This document shows, one piece after another, positions 54,979 through 64,000 of a stretch of DNA of 64,000 nt. The notes beneath the pieces are model-generated. The model saw nothing but the letters and a program-made list of their open reading frames with translations. It did not search any database and was not told where the DNA came from. This stretch comes from Candidatus Nomurabacteria bacterium. GTDB lineage: Bacteria > Patescibacteriota > Minisyncoccia > Phycocordibacterales > UBA9973. Location of the stretch: positions 12,717 to 76,716 of the forward strand of contig JAHFNH010000003.1 of assembly GCA_023267435.1 (NCBI GenBank). The letters run 5' to 3'. A program made the position numbers and the translations under genes. Every line of letters begins with the position of its first letter. Position 1 is the first letter of the stretch.

Positions 54979-55674
54979 CTAATCTAGCCAATTCTTAATT
55001 TTCAAAGCTGCTTCGGCGGCTTTTTGCTCTGCTTCTTGCTTGCTTTTACCCTTGCCTTCAGCTGCCACATCAGCACCCAAGAAAATACCGACGGTAAAAT
55101 GCTTGTCATGATCCGGACCTGTTTCGTGTAATACTTTATAAGAAGGAGTGACATTTAAAAATTCTTGAGCTTTTTCTTGTATCAAACTCTTGGCATCACG
55201 CCATAATTTTTTAGAAACAATTTCTTCAGTATAAGGCAACAACACGGTAGTGATAAACTTTTCAGCTGGAGCATAACCCTGATCTAAAAATAATGCGCCG
55301 ACATATGCCTCAAAAGTATTCGCCAAAATATATTGTCGAGCCTTTCCTGTATCTTTAGCTTCTCCTTTCGATAAAAGTAAGAAATCATTCATTTCGATCT
55401 TAGATGCGACTTCAGAAATAATCACCGCATTTACCAATGCTGAACGTAAAGAAGTCAGTTCCCCCTCGGTATAAGATGGATATTTTTTATATAAAAAATC
55501 TGTCACGACTAATTCTAAAACAGCATCACCTAAAAATTCCAGGCGTTCATTGTGTGATAAACCTGCAGAAGGATTTTCATTGATATAGGAACGATGTATA
55601 AAAGCCTGCTTTAATAGATCTTTATCCTTGAAAACTATTTTTGTTTTTTCTTCAAAATCTGAAAACTGAATCAT
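54979..55674 (-). CDS. rnc: ribonuclease III
   Basis: ERLEFLGDAVLELVV is the RNase III signature. A dsRBD lies at the C-terminus. Confidence 0.92.
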   Translation of the reverse strand: MIQFSDFEEKTKIVFKDKDLLKQAFIHRSYINENPSAGLSHNERLEFLGDAVLELVVTDFLYKKYPSYTEGELTSLRSALVNAVIISEVASKIEMNDFLLLSKGEAKDTGKARQYILANTFEAYVGALFLDQGYAPAEKFITTVLLPYTEEIVSKKLWRDAKSLIQEKAQEFLNVTPSYKVLHETGPDHDKHFTVGIFLGADVAAEGKGKSKQEAEQKAAEAALKIKNWLD

Positions 55675-55676
55675 GA

Positions 55677-56576
55677 TTATTTTTTAGTGATAATTTCAAT
55701 AGCTTTTGCAATCAGAGGAATGATATCGTTGTAAATATGGAGATCTGGAATTTCAGAAAGCTGGAACCAACGCGCACCATCAAGCCCACCAGAACTCTCT
55801 AATACAAGTTCGCGATATTCACTCTCAGCTAAAAAGTATGTGACTTTTTTCAAAATCTTTCCTTGTTCTGGGTGGCTCGCAACATATTCATTCTCACCAA
55901 GTTTTTCTTTTATCGTTACATCCAAACCGATTTCATCTTTTACTTCTCGAGTGGTTGCTTCTTCTTCGTTCTCACCTTCACCGATTCCACCTTTAGAGAT
56001 AGTCCAATATCCGAAAACATCATGCACCATGGCAAAATAAACTTCACCGCCTTTCTTGGCATAAACCAATGCTCCGCCTTTTCTTTCTACTGGAAGCTTT
56101 GTTTTATCTACTGGCTCGTCATTCTTTTTCTTTTTACTAATTTCATCTTTGCCCGGCTCGCCTATTTCTTTATAAACTGCACCTAGAACTCCATTTATAA
56201 ATTTGCCGGAATTTTCACCGCCGAAAGATTTAGCGAGTTCTATCGCTTCGTTAATAGCCACCTTAGGAGGAACTTGCTTGCGGTCGCCAAAAAGAAGCTC
56301 AGTTAAGCCTATTCTTAAAATATTTCTATCAACAACAGATATTTTATCCAAAGGCCAATCTGGAGCTGCTTTTTCTATTATTTCATCAATTACGGAACGT
56401 TTCTTTATTACTAATTCCAAAAGAGATAGCACAAAAATATCGTCCTCCAGTCCTGGGGCGAATTCTTTTAAGTTGCGTTCCGCCGCTTCTTTGAGAGGAA
56501 CCTCCTTAGCACCATTAAAATCCCACTCGAAAAGCGTCTGGAGCACTATTGATCTGGAAAGGTGCCTATTTGCCAT
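55677..56576 (-). CDS. fusion protein: NusB-like N-terminal domain and NUDIX hydrolase C-terminal domain
   Basis: N-terminus RHLSRSIVLQTLFEWDF...DRNILRIGLTELLF...INEAIELAKSFG resembles NusB. The C-terminal Nudix box is GGIGEGENEEEATTREVKDEIGL. Confidence 0.7.
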   Translation of the reverse strand: MANRHLSRSIVLQTLFEWDFNGAKEVPLKEAAERNLKEFAPGLEDDIFVLSLLELVIKKRSVIDEIIEKAAPDWPLDKISVVDRNILRIGLTELLFGDRKQVPPKVAINEAIELAKSFGGENSGKFINGVLGAVYKEIGEPGKDEISKKKKNDEPVDKTKLPVERKGGALVYAKKGGEVYFAMVHDVFGYWTISKGGIGEGENEEEATTREVKDEIGLDVTIKEKLGENEYVASHPEQGKILKKVTYFLAESEYRELVLESSGGLDGARWFQLSEIPDLHIYNDIIPLIAKAIEIITKK

Positions 56577-56680
56577 AAATTAATGTAATTTCTTTGAATT
56601 TTTTATCCGCGAGGGTCCCACTCGGTACTCCGAGAAGGGCGCAGTGGAAAAAAAATTTAAAGAAATGAAATCACTTAAAA

Positions 56681-56917
56681 TTACTTAACTTCAGCTTTCT
56701 TTGCTTTCGCTTTTGCCTGCTTCTTTTCAACTTTCTTAACTAAGTCTAAAACTTTTGTACCGCGGTAAAAACCACAAGAAGGACAAACAGTGTGTCTTCG
56801 TTTTAAAGCTGAACAATTGGCGCATTTTGCAAAATCAGTCTTTTTAAGAGCGTGATGTGAGCGCCTGTTTGCTGTATGCGATTTTGTATGTCTCATTCGT
56901 ACTACCATGGAATCCAT
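56681..56917 (-). CDS. rpmF: 50S ribosomal protein L32 (Zn-ribbon form; the start may be M4 at 56908)
   Basis: MVVRMRHTKSHTANRRSHHAL...CANCS...CPSCGFYRG. Confidence 0.88.
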   Translation of the reverse strand: MDSMVVRMRHTKSHTANRRSHHALKKTDFAKCANCSALKRRHTVCPSCGFYRGTKVLDLVKKVEKKQAKAKAKKAEVK

Positions 56918-57002
56918 TGTAGCATATTTAATAACAAAAGCAACCAGCCATCATCGGCTGGCAGATTTTTAGAAAAAATAAAATTGTGATATTATAAAAC
57001 CT

Positions 57003-58778
57003 ATGGATAAAAACGAAAAAATACACAATATGAGGCATACCCTCGCACATCTATTAGCCGCCGCTGTTTTGGAATTATACCCAGACACTAAAAATACCAT
57101 CGGACCATCTATCGAAGACGGATTTTATTATGACCTAGATTTTACCTCCCCTATCTCTGATAAAGACCTGCCAAAAATAGAAAAAAAGATGCGTGAACTT
57201 CTAAAGACTTGGAAAGAATTCACTCACGAAGAAAAAACAAAAGAAGAAGCTGAAAAATATTTTGCAGGCAATGAATACAAACTCGAACTTATAAAAGAAA
57301 TTTCTGATAAAGGAGAAAAAATAACTTTCTACACTTGTGGGAAGCTTGCCCCGTCCATGGCGGGGTTTACCGACCTTTGTCGAGGCGGACACTTGGAAAA
57401 TCCAGCAAAAGAAATAGATGCAAACGCTTTTAAACTTGACCGCGTAGCTGGAGCTTACTGGCGAGGAGATGAAAAAAATAAAATGCTTACTCGTATTTAC
57501 GGACTAGCCTTTGAAACAAAAGAAGAATTAGATGCTTATTTAAATCAAAGAGAAGAAGCTAAAAAAAGAGATCATAAAGTTATCGGTCCGCAAATGAAAT
57601 TATTTACTATCTCTCCTCTTATTGGTCCAGGTCTTCCACTTATGCAACCTCGTGGAATGATTATCAGAAAAGAAATCGAGGACTATCTTTGGAAGATGCA
57701 TTCAAAAAAAGGTTACCAGCGTGTTTGGACTCCTCATATTGCAAAAGTGGAATTATATGAGACATCGGGACACGCGGCTAAATTTGGTGATGAACTTTTT
57801 AGAGTTCAAGGAAAAGAAGACAGTTTCATTCTAAAACCTATGAATTGTCCTCATCACATGCAAATATTTGCTGACAACCAATTCTCTTATCGAGATATGC
57901 CGTTGCGTTATTTCGAACCAGCGACAGTGTACCGTGATGAAAAATCCGGACAATTAGGCGGGCTCACTCGCGTTCGCGCTATCACCCAAGATGATGGACA
58001 CCTTTTCTGCACAACTGACCAAATAGGAGATGAAATAAAAACAATCGTTTCCATTATTAAAGATTTCTACACAACAATGGGATTGATAAATGGATATTGG
58101 GTAAGACTGTCTTTACGTGGAGATGATAAAACAAAATATCTCGGCTCTGACGAAGTATGGGAAAAAGCAGAAGGAGCCCTGACAAAAGTCTGTGAAGAAG
58201 AAAAACTTCCTTACAAACCAGCAAAAGACGAAGCTGCTTTTTATGGACCAAAATTAGACTTTATGTTTAAAGACGCTATTGGCCGTGAATGGCAACTCGC
58301 AACAGTACAGTGTGATTTCAATTTACCAGAAAGATTTGATTTGAGTTTTACAAACAATGAAGGTAAAAAAGAACGCCCTGTCGTTATCCATCGAGCTATT
58401 TCCGGATCACTTGAAAGATTTATGGGTGTGATGATTGAACATTTTGCCGGCAACTTCCCTGTTTGGCTTTCTCCTGTACAAGTAGCCATAGTGCCTGTGA
58501 GAGAAAATCATATCGACCTAGCAAAACAAATCGGAGACATATTTAAAGAAAAAGACATTAGAGTAGATATTTTAGATTCAAATGATTCACTGGGTAAACG
58601 CATCAACCACGCAAAAGCCAGTAAGGTTCCGTATGTTATTGTCCTAGGTGATAAAGAAAAAGAATCCAATACTTTAACTGTCGAAAAACGCGACGGAACA
58701 AAAATAGAAAATATTTCATCTGAAGATTTCTTAAAAGAAGTGGTAGAAAAAGTAAATTCAAAATCTTTAGAACTATAA
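57003..58778 (+). CDS. thrS: threonyl-tRNA synthetase (lacks the N-terminal TGS domain)
   Basis: Editing-domain start HTLAHLLAAAVLELYP. Class II motifs. The C-terminal half has the anticodon-binding domain. Confidence 0.9.
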   Translation: MDKNEKIHNMRHTLAHLLAAAVLELYPDTKNTIGPSIEDGFYYDLDFTSPISDKDLPKIEKKMRELLKTWKEFTHEEKTKEEAEKYFAGNEYKLELIKEISDKGEKITFYTCGKLAPSMAGFTDLCRGGHLENPAKEIDANAFKLDRVAGAYWRGDEKNKMLTRIYGLAFETKEELDAYLNQREEAKKRDHKVIGPQMKLFTISPLIGPGLPLMQPRGMIIRKEIEDYLWKMHSKKGYQRVWTPHIAKVELYETSGHAAKFGDELFRVQGKEDSFILKPMNCPHHMQIFADNQFSYRDMPLRYFEPATVYRDEKSGQLGGLTRVRAITQDDGHLFCTTDQIGDEIKTIVSIIKDFYTTMGLINGYWVRLSLRGDDKTKYLGSDEVWEKAEGALTKVCEEEKLPYKPAKDEAAFYGPKLDFMFKDAIGREWQLATVQCDFNLPERFDLSFTNNEGKKERPVVIHRAISGSLERFMGVMIEHFAGNFPVWLSPVQVAIVPVRENHIDLAKQIGDIFKEKDIRVDILDSNDSLGKRINHAKASKVPYVIVLGDKEKESNTLTVEKRDGTKIENISSEDFLKEVVEKVNSKSLEL

Positions 58779-58842
58779 AAACTCAAATTTGATTTTTATA
58801 CAAAGAGTTGTATAGTTAGTAAAGAATTAAAAATTTAATAAA

Positions 58843-59355
58843 ATGGATATAGAAAAAACACTATTACATGCAACAGTTTGCTACCTCATAGAGGGTAAAC
58901 AAGTATTGCTCGGTATGAAAACCGACAAGATTGGCAAAGGTTGTTGGAATGGCTACGGAGGTGGAATTGAACCAAAAGAAACTCAGTTGCGAGCAGCTAA
59001 AAGAGAGTTAAAAGAAGAGTGCGGAGTAAGAACTTTTCAAAAACATCTTAAAAAAGTCGCTATAATTGATTTTCATAATACAAAAAGTGACGGCACTACT
59101 TTCGTATGCAGAGTACACTTTTATATTACAGAAATTTGGAGAGGAATTCCAAAGAAATCAAAAGAAATGGAAACTCCAACATGGTTTAGTTTCAAAAAAC
59201 TTCCGATTGAAAAAATGATGCCAGCTGATAAACAATTTTTACCATTAATATTAAGCGGTAAAAAAATAATTGCTAAAGCTAAATACGGCCCATTTCAAAA
59301 AGAACTTTTAGAACCAATGGAAATTAAAGAAGTTGATTCTCTGCCAGAAAATTAA
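58843..59355 (+). CDS. NUDIX hydrolase (MutT-like)
   Basis: Nudix box GGGIEPKETQLRAAKRELKEECGV. Confidence 0.75.
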   Translation: MDIEKTLLHATVCYLIEGKQVLLGMKTDKIGKGCWNGYGGGIEPKETQLRAAKRELKEECGVRTFQKHLKKVAIIDFHNTKSDGTTFVCRVHFYITEIWRGIPKKSKEMETPTWFSFKKLPIEKMMPADKQFLPLILSGKKIIAKAKYGPFQKELLEPMEIKEVDSLPEN

Positions 59356-59395
59356 AAAGGATTGCAACATTATTTATTGCAATCCTTTTTTTATT
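59355..59395 (+). terminator. intrinsic terminator
   Basis: AAAAAGGATTGCAAcattatttaTTGCAATCCTTTTTTTATTT. Confidence 0.8.
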
Positions 59396-59462
59396 TACTT
59401 GCAAAAATTTATTTGTCATGGTATTGTAAATAAAAATAGTAATAATCTTAAAATCTTTTATT

Positions 59463-59675
59463 ATGTTTGGTGAAAAAGAAAGTCAGCAAGTTATCACCTG
59501 TATTTGCAATAAATGTAAATCGGAAAAAAGAGTTTCACTTCTACTTGGTGTAATAACTTCTTTTTTTTGTGATAAGTGTCAAAAAGATGTTTCAGATTTT
59601 GAAACAAGACCAGTAATGATTCCTGCATCGAGCAGAGAATACAATCCTTTCCGAGAAGACATGGAAAGATGGTAA
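59463..59675 (+). CDS. small zinc-ribbon-like protein
   Basis: 70 aa. CICNKC...CDKC is a pair of CxxC motifs. Confidence 0.45.
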   Translation: MFGEKESQQVITCICNKCKSEKRVSLLLGVITSFFCDKCQKDVSDFETRPVMIPASSREYNPFREDMERW

Positions 59676-59684
59676 AATTTTAAC

Positions 59685-59718
59685 AAAAAAAATCCCCGAC
59701 ATAACGGGGATTTTTTAT
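59685..59718. terminator. bidirectional intrinsic terminator
   Basis: AAAAAAAATCCCCGacataaCGGGGATTTTTTAT, shared by 59463-59675 (+) and gyrB (-). Confidence 0.85.
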
Positions 59719-59726
59719 TACTTATT

Positions 59727-61781
59727 TTAAATATCAATCTTTGCGAGTTTGGCGTTTGATTGAATGAACGATTTACGAGGAGGGACTTCAGAACCCATGA
59801 GAATGTCAAATATTTTATTTGCTTCTTCAGCATCATCGATATTTACTTTTTTAAGTATGCGGTGAGCAGGATCCATTGTCGTCTCCCAAAGCTCTTCCGG
59901 GTTCATTTCTCCGAGACCTTTATATCTTTGAATATGTACTTTAGTAGATTTCTTTTTTATTTCTTCTTCTGTCTCCTCTCCTTCTGGAGTAGCAACTTCA
60001 TCTTCTAAATTTTCTATTTCCATATTACCCTCGCCGGCTAATTTAATTCTTTCTTCATCAGAATAAGCATAACTAATTTGTTTGCCTTTCTTTATTTTAT
60101 AAAGTGGAGGCTGAGCAATGTAAATATATCCTGCTTCTATCACCTTTCTGAAGTATCGATAGAAAAGAGTTAAAAGAAGAGTCGCAATGTGCGCACCGTC
60201 CACGTCGGCATCTGTCGCAATAATTATTTTATGATAACGCATTTTTTCTATATCAAAAGTATCTCCGATCGAAGCACCCATCGCAATAACCAAAGACTTC
60301 ACTTCTTTCGAAGCAAGCATCTTATCAATACGAGCACGCTCCACGTTTAAGATCTTTCCGCGAAGCGGTAGAATTGCTTGTGTACGTCTGTCGCGTCCCT
60401 GTTTAGCAGAACCTCCCGCCGAATCTCCCTCCACTAAGAAGAGTTCTGATTCTTCGGCGCTCTTACTCTGACAATCTGCAAGCTTTCCGGGCAAAGTCAT
60501 ACCTTCCAATGCACCCTTTCGAAGCACAGAATCTTTCGCTGCCTTAGCCGCTTTACGCGCCTTTAAGGCTAAAATTGACTTGTTAATTATAGATTTAGCA
60601 CTATCTGGATTCTCTTCCAAGAATGCGGAAAAAGCTTCACCAAAGACTGTTGCCACAGCACCCTGAGCTTCCATCGAACCAAGTTTTGCTTTAGTCTGTC
60701 CTTCGAATTGAATTTCGCGAAGTTTTACAGAAATAACAGCCGTCAAACCTTCCAAGACATCGTCTCCTGTGAATCCCCCTTCGGATTCTTTCATCATTTC
60801 ATTTTTCTTGCAGTAAGTATTGAGTGTTCGAGTTAATGCTGTTTTAAAACCAGTCACGTGTGTTCCGCCTTCTGGGTTATAAATATTATTAGCGAAAGGA
60901 ATTATTCTGTCTACTATATCGTCAACATATTGCAAAGATATTTCTACCCCCACTCCATCTAATTCTTTGTTCACATAAAAAATCTCAGAATGAATTGGTT
61001 TCTGGAATTTATTATAATATTTGATAAGTGAAGTCAGTCCACCTTCAAAATAAAAAGCGACAGACGGTACTTCAAGTCCTAATTCTCTGAAGTAAAAAAT
61101 ATCAGAGTCATTTATCTTGCCTGCATATTCTCGCGCATCGATTATTAAAATCTTAAGTCCGCGCACCAAATACGCTTGCTGGCGAATATGATTCACAACT
61201 GTATTCCAATCAAACTTCACTCCCTCTTTAAAAATTTCTACATCCGGTTCGAAAGTTATAATGGTTCCATTTTTTTTAGAAGTTCCTACTTTTTTAACAG
61301 ACGCTTTTTTCTTTCCTTGGCTGTATTCCTGCATAAACTTTCCGCCATCATGATGCACTTCTGCTTTACAATAAATAGATAGAGCGTTCACCACCGAAGC
61401 ACCCACTCCGTGCAAACCTCCGGAAACTTTGTAACCGGAATCTTCCCCGCCGAATTTTCCTCCGGCGTGGAGCGTGGTCATAACTGTCTCAAGAGCTGAC
61501 ACTTTTGTCTTTGAGTGAATATCAGTCGGTATACCTCGGCCGTTATCAGCGACGCGAATACGATTGCCCGGAAGCAGAACCACTTCAATATCATCAGCAA
61601 AACCTCCCATCGCTTCGTCGCGAGAGTTATCAAAAATTTCCCAGACTAAATGGTGCAAACCTTCCGGTCCAGTGGTACCGATATACATTCCAGGGCGTTT
61701 ACGAACTGGTTCCAAACCCTCCAAAATAGAGATCTGTTCCGCACCGTATTTTTGTTTCTTTTCCTCTTTTTCTTTTGCCAT
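59727..61781 (-). CDS. gyrB: DNA gyrase subunit B (type IIA topoisomerase B subunit, compact form)
   Basis: GHKL ATPase domain (LHHLVWEIFDNSRDEAMGG), TOPRIM domain (EGDSAGGSAKQGRDR), and C-terminal tail KGLGEMNPEELWETTM. Confidence 0.85.
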   Translation of the reverse strand: MAKEKEEKKQKYGAEQISILEGLEPVRKRPGMYIGTTGPEGLHHLVWEIFDNSRDEAMGGFADDIEVVLLPGNRIRVADNGRGIPTDIHSKTKVSALETVMTTLHAGGKFGGEDSGYKVSGGLHGVGASVVNALSIYCKAEVHHDGGKFMQEYSQGKKKASVKKVGTSKKNGTIITFEPDVEIFKEGVKFDWNTVVNHIRQQAYLVRGLKILIIDAREYAGKINDSDIFYFRELGLEVPSVAFYFEGGLTSLIKYYNKFQKPIHSEIFYVNKELDGVGVEISLQYVDDIVDRIIPFANNIYNPEGGTHVTGFKTALTRTLNTYCKKNEMMKESEGGFTGDDVLEGLTAVISVKLREIQFEGQTKAKLGSMEAQGAVATVFGEAFSAFLEENPDSAKSIINKSILALKARKAAKAAKDSVLRKGALEGMTLPGKLADCQSKSAEESELFLVEGDSAGGSAKQGRDRRTQAILPLRGKILNVERARIDKMLASKEVKSLVIAMGASIGDTFDIEKMRYHKIIIATDADVDGAHIATLLLTLFYRYFRKVIEAGYIYIAQPPLYKIKKGKQISYAYSDEERIKLAGEGNMEIENLEDEVATPEGEETEEEIKKKSTKVHIQRYKGLGEMNPEELWETTMDPAHRILKKVNIDDAEEANKIFDILMGSEVPPRKSFIQSNAKLAKIDI

Positions 61782-61806
61782 AAAACTTAGATATTATAGC
61801 AGAAAA

Positions 61807-63006
61807 CTACTTAACTTCATACCCTTTTGTGCCGCCTTTATGAAGCTTGGGATATGCCATTTCATACAATTCTGCAGCTTCTTTTTTAGTTAAAGTTTTA
61901 TCAGGATGCCTTAGAATAATTCTCACTAAAACATTATCCTGATCTTCTTTTGCTCCGAGTTTTTCTCTAGCAACTGGATGTAATTTTTCGTATGGAGTTC
62001 TTTCTAATATTTTAACTTCTTCGAGTAAATCACTCTGGTCACCGAAGACATTTCTAATATATTCGCAAATATCTTCCTCTGTGTCGTTTTTATCGACAAT
62101 ATAAGACATATCGCGAGATATTGCCGGCTGATCAGAAACATTTTTAAATTTCTCCATATCAGTCATTTGTTTAATCACTCTTGGATCGACAGATCGTATG
62201 AGTCTGATATCTGGCAAATTCTTTCTCGCCATAATCAATCTTTCTACTCCCATACCTAAAGCAAGCCCTGAATATTTTTCTGAATCTATTCCGCAATTTT
62301 TTAATACTTCTGGATGAGCAAGTCCTGCCTCAAAAACTTCTATTTCTTTATCATCAACTTTTGCATAAACTTCTATACCATCAACAGTATAAGGATGCTT
62401 GGCTTCATAAACAATCATCTCGGCATCTGGGCAAGCAGCTTCGAAAACAGTTCGTGCCAATTCCAATAAATTTTCTCTGTTAACCTTTCCATATTTTTCA
62501 TTATCCTGAAGTGTCCAAATATCTATCTGATGAAATACATCCAAATGTCTAGGGTCAATAACATCTCGTCTGTACACCAAACCTGGAAGGACAAAAGTGG
62601 AGCGGTCGATATTTTTTTCAAAATTTTTAAAAGTTGATGGAATTAATGCAGATGTGTGAGTTCGAAGCACATGATCTTCATCTGTATATCGAGTATAAGT
62701 GGAAGACCTTCCCGGATTCCCAGGAGAAAACAGAAGACTATCGAAATTGTCTTCTGCGAGAACTATGGGATTACCTCTCACAACACGTATATCGGAAAAA
62801 TTATGTTCAGTTAATTTTTTTATAACTTGATCATAAACCTTGCCTATTATGTTTCTCTCTTCTCCATTTTCTGTCGGTAAAGTTAAATCTTTTACAGATA
62901 AAAGTTTTTCTATTACTTCAGGAGAAGACACCTCAAATTTAAGTTGCATTGGTAAATCTGGGTTTTCTTTTGGAATTTCTATTTTTGCTTTTTCTAGACT
63001 AGTCAT
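61807..63006 (-). CDS. pheS: phenylalanyl-tRNA synthetase alpha subunit
   Basis: LRTHTSA is motif 2. GLALGMGVERL is motif 3. Confidence 0.8.
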   Translation of the reverse strand: MTSLEKAKIEIPKENPDLPMQLKFEVSSPEVIEKLLSVKDLTLPTENGEERNIIGKVYDQVIKKLTEHNFSDIRVVRGNPIVLAEDNFDSLLFSPGNPGRSSTYTRYTDEDHVLRTHTSALIPSTFKNFEKNIDRSTFVLPGLVYRRDVIDPRHLDVFHQIDIWTLQDNEKYGKVNRENLLELARTVFEAACPDAEMIVYEAKHPYTVDGIEVYAKVDDKEIEVFEAGLAHPEVLKNCGIDSEKYSGLALGMGVERLIMARKNLPDIRLIRSVDPRVIKQMTDMEKFKNVSDQPAISRDMSYIVDKNDTEEDICEYIRNVFGDQSDLLEEVKILERTPYEKLHPVAREKLGAKEDQDNVLVRIILRHPDKTLTKKEAAELYEMAYPKLHKGGTKGYEVK

Positions 63007-63013
63007 ATTTTTT

Positions 63014-63271
63014 TTAATAAGGCAATTTTTTTCTTAAATGATAATTGTTGTCGCCGTCATGAATTAAGGTTAAATCATGATTCAATCCATTCTCAGGATC
63101 ACGAACTTCAAAATGAGCTTTGTGATTTATAAGATCTCTGCGTGCCACATCAAAAAAAACTTCGGCTTCAGATTTATCGAGCTTTTCTGCTAAATAATGC
63201 ACCGCGACATTGAGAGTGTGACTGCTTTCGTCGTATTCAACATTAAAACCATGGATATTTGTATTTGTCAT
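63014..63271 (-). CDS. hypothetical protein
   Basis: 85-aa ORF. Confidence 0.4.
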   Translation of the reverse strand: MTNTNIHGFNVEYDESSHTLNVAVHYLAEKLDKSEAEVFFDVARRDLINHKAHFEVRDPENGLNHDLTLIHDGDNNYHLRKKLPY

Positions 63272-63384
63272 TTAGGCATTATACACCAAAAAATCTCTTC
63301 TCAAAAGAGATTTTAAATGGCCCTAAAGGACTGCGATTTCTACAGATTGGTTACAATCTAAGAAATCGGGAGTATAATAGAAAA

Positions 63385-63480
63385 ATGAAAAAAACTTATT
63401 GGATTTTAATTATATTGGCAATATTTTTCGCCCTTTTGGGTCTCTATTTAGGCTGGTTAGACAATGGACCAAGCTTTTAA
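63385..63480 (+). CDS. possible 31-aa membrane miniprotein
   Basis: MKKTYWILIILAIFFALLGLYLGWLDNGPSF. A TATAAT box lies about 10 nt upstream, but the protein is very short. Confidence 0.25.
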   Translation: MKKTYWILIILAIFFALLGLYLGWLDNGPSF

Positions 63481-63601
63481 AATGAACGACATTCTGAGAG
63501 CTATTGACTTTTTCTCAAAATACTATAAAATACTTAGTGAATTCAGAAAATAAAGTATAAACCAGAGTGGCTGCACAGCTCATTCACAAATTAATAAAGA
63601 T

Positions 63602-64000
63602 ATGAAGAAAGCTCGTTTTACCGCCCTAAGTTGGGCATTTGTGACTTTTATGGCCACGTTTATTGTTTACGGCATTATTTCTTTGCCCGCTATGGAAGAT
63701 ATATTGCCAGCACAGTTCCCTTTGATCGCAAAGGTCAATGTAATATGTTACAGTCATTTTCCCAGTATCAACCCGTTTATTTGTATTCTTTTATTATCTT
63801 GGTTTGTTTTTTCTCTTAAATATATTTTTGAAAGAAATAAAGAATATTACAAAGTATTCGAGAAAAAAATTTACGCTGAAGTAACGAAGGGAATAATTAC
63901 CGGAATGGTTATCGGGATAGTTAGCGGAATTATCGATAAATCTATTTTTTCCACAATCAACGGAATGATAATCGGGATGATTGTCATAACCGTCTACGAA
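63602..64000 (+). CDS. membrane protein, N-terminal part (continues beyond the window end)
   Basis: ATG at 63602. The reading frame is open to position 64000. The protein is hydrophobic, with GMIIGM-type helices. Confidence 0.45.
   Translation, partial: MKKARFTALSWAFVTFMATFIVYGIISLPAMEDILPAQFPLIAKVNVICYSHFPSINPFICILLLSWFVFSLKYIFERNKEYYKVFEKKIYAEVTKGIITGMVIGIVSGIIDKSIFSTINGMIIGMIVITVYE

Noticed and set aside
1-64000. Search for CRISPR arrays, rRNA genes, transposases, integrases and phage genes.
   Set aside because: I found no regularly spaced direct repeats with unique spacers, no rRNA-like GC-rich conserved blocks, and no DDE/tyrosine-recombinase/terminase-like ORFs. The only repeats are intragenic protein-repeat DNA and the short tRNA-end duplicates.

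Overview
This 64 kb window is AT-rich (roughly one-third GC by eye) and gene-dense, with short intergenic gaps and generally short proteins. It encodes a sortase with an LPXTG-type substrate. Together these features suggest a small-genome, monoderm, CPR/Patescibacteria-like bacterium; that assignment is inference only. The standard genetic code is assumed because an RF2 gene is present.

Most of the window is housekeeping. Recognised genes:
- fmt (3' end), hpf, a truncated pyk and eno.
- Glycerate kinase and a D-2-hydroxyacid dehydrogenase.
- mltG, pyrG, ftsEX, prfB, the rpsP-KH-trmD operon, rnr and rnc-smc.
- rpmF, thrS, gyrB and pheS.
- Three tRNAs: Gln-CUG and two tRNA-Thr.

The unusual content is as follows:
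1. A co-directional string of ten tightly packed minus-strand genes at 30571-39117. It joins an extracytoplasmic flavinylation module (FMN_bind protein, ApbE, and a membrane protein with an FNR-like FAD/NAD domain) to an ECF sigma factor with a putative anti-sigma, an HlyD-family adaptor and a MacB-type ABC transporter. The string is bracketed by two paralogous small membrane-anchored proteins with Gly/Met-rich segments, and a third paralog sits next to a two-component system elsewhere in the window.
2. An 838-aa secreted protein built from two novel tandem Cys-containing repeat families.
3. A class F-like sortase and an LPKTG-anchored adhesin (ice-binding-like domain plus DUF11-like repeats), inserted between two tRNA-Thr genes.
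4. Domain fusions: NusB-NUDIX and DD-carboxypeptidase-CapA.
5. A bacterial SET-domain protein and a pair of lycopene-cyclase-domain miniproteins.
6. An orphan 7TM histidine kinase operon.
7. Partial duplications of the 5' ends of two tRNAs.
8. A repeated terminator/promoter module among a cluster of small unknown genes.

No CRISPR array, rRNA, transposase or integrase was seen.
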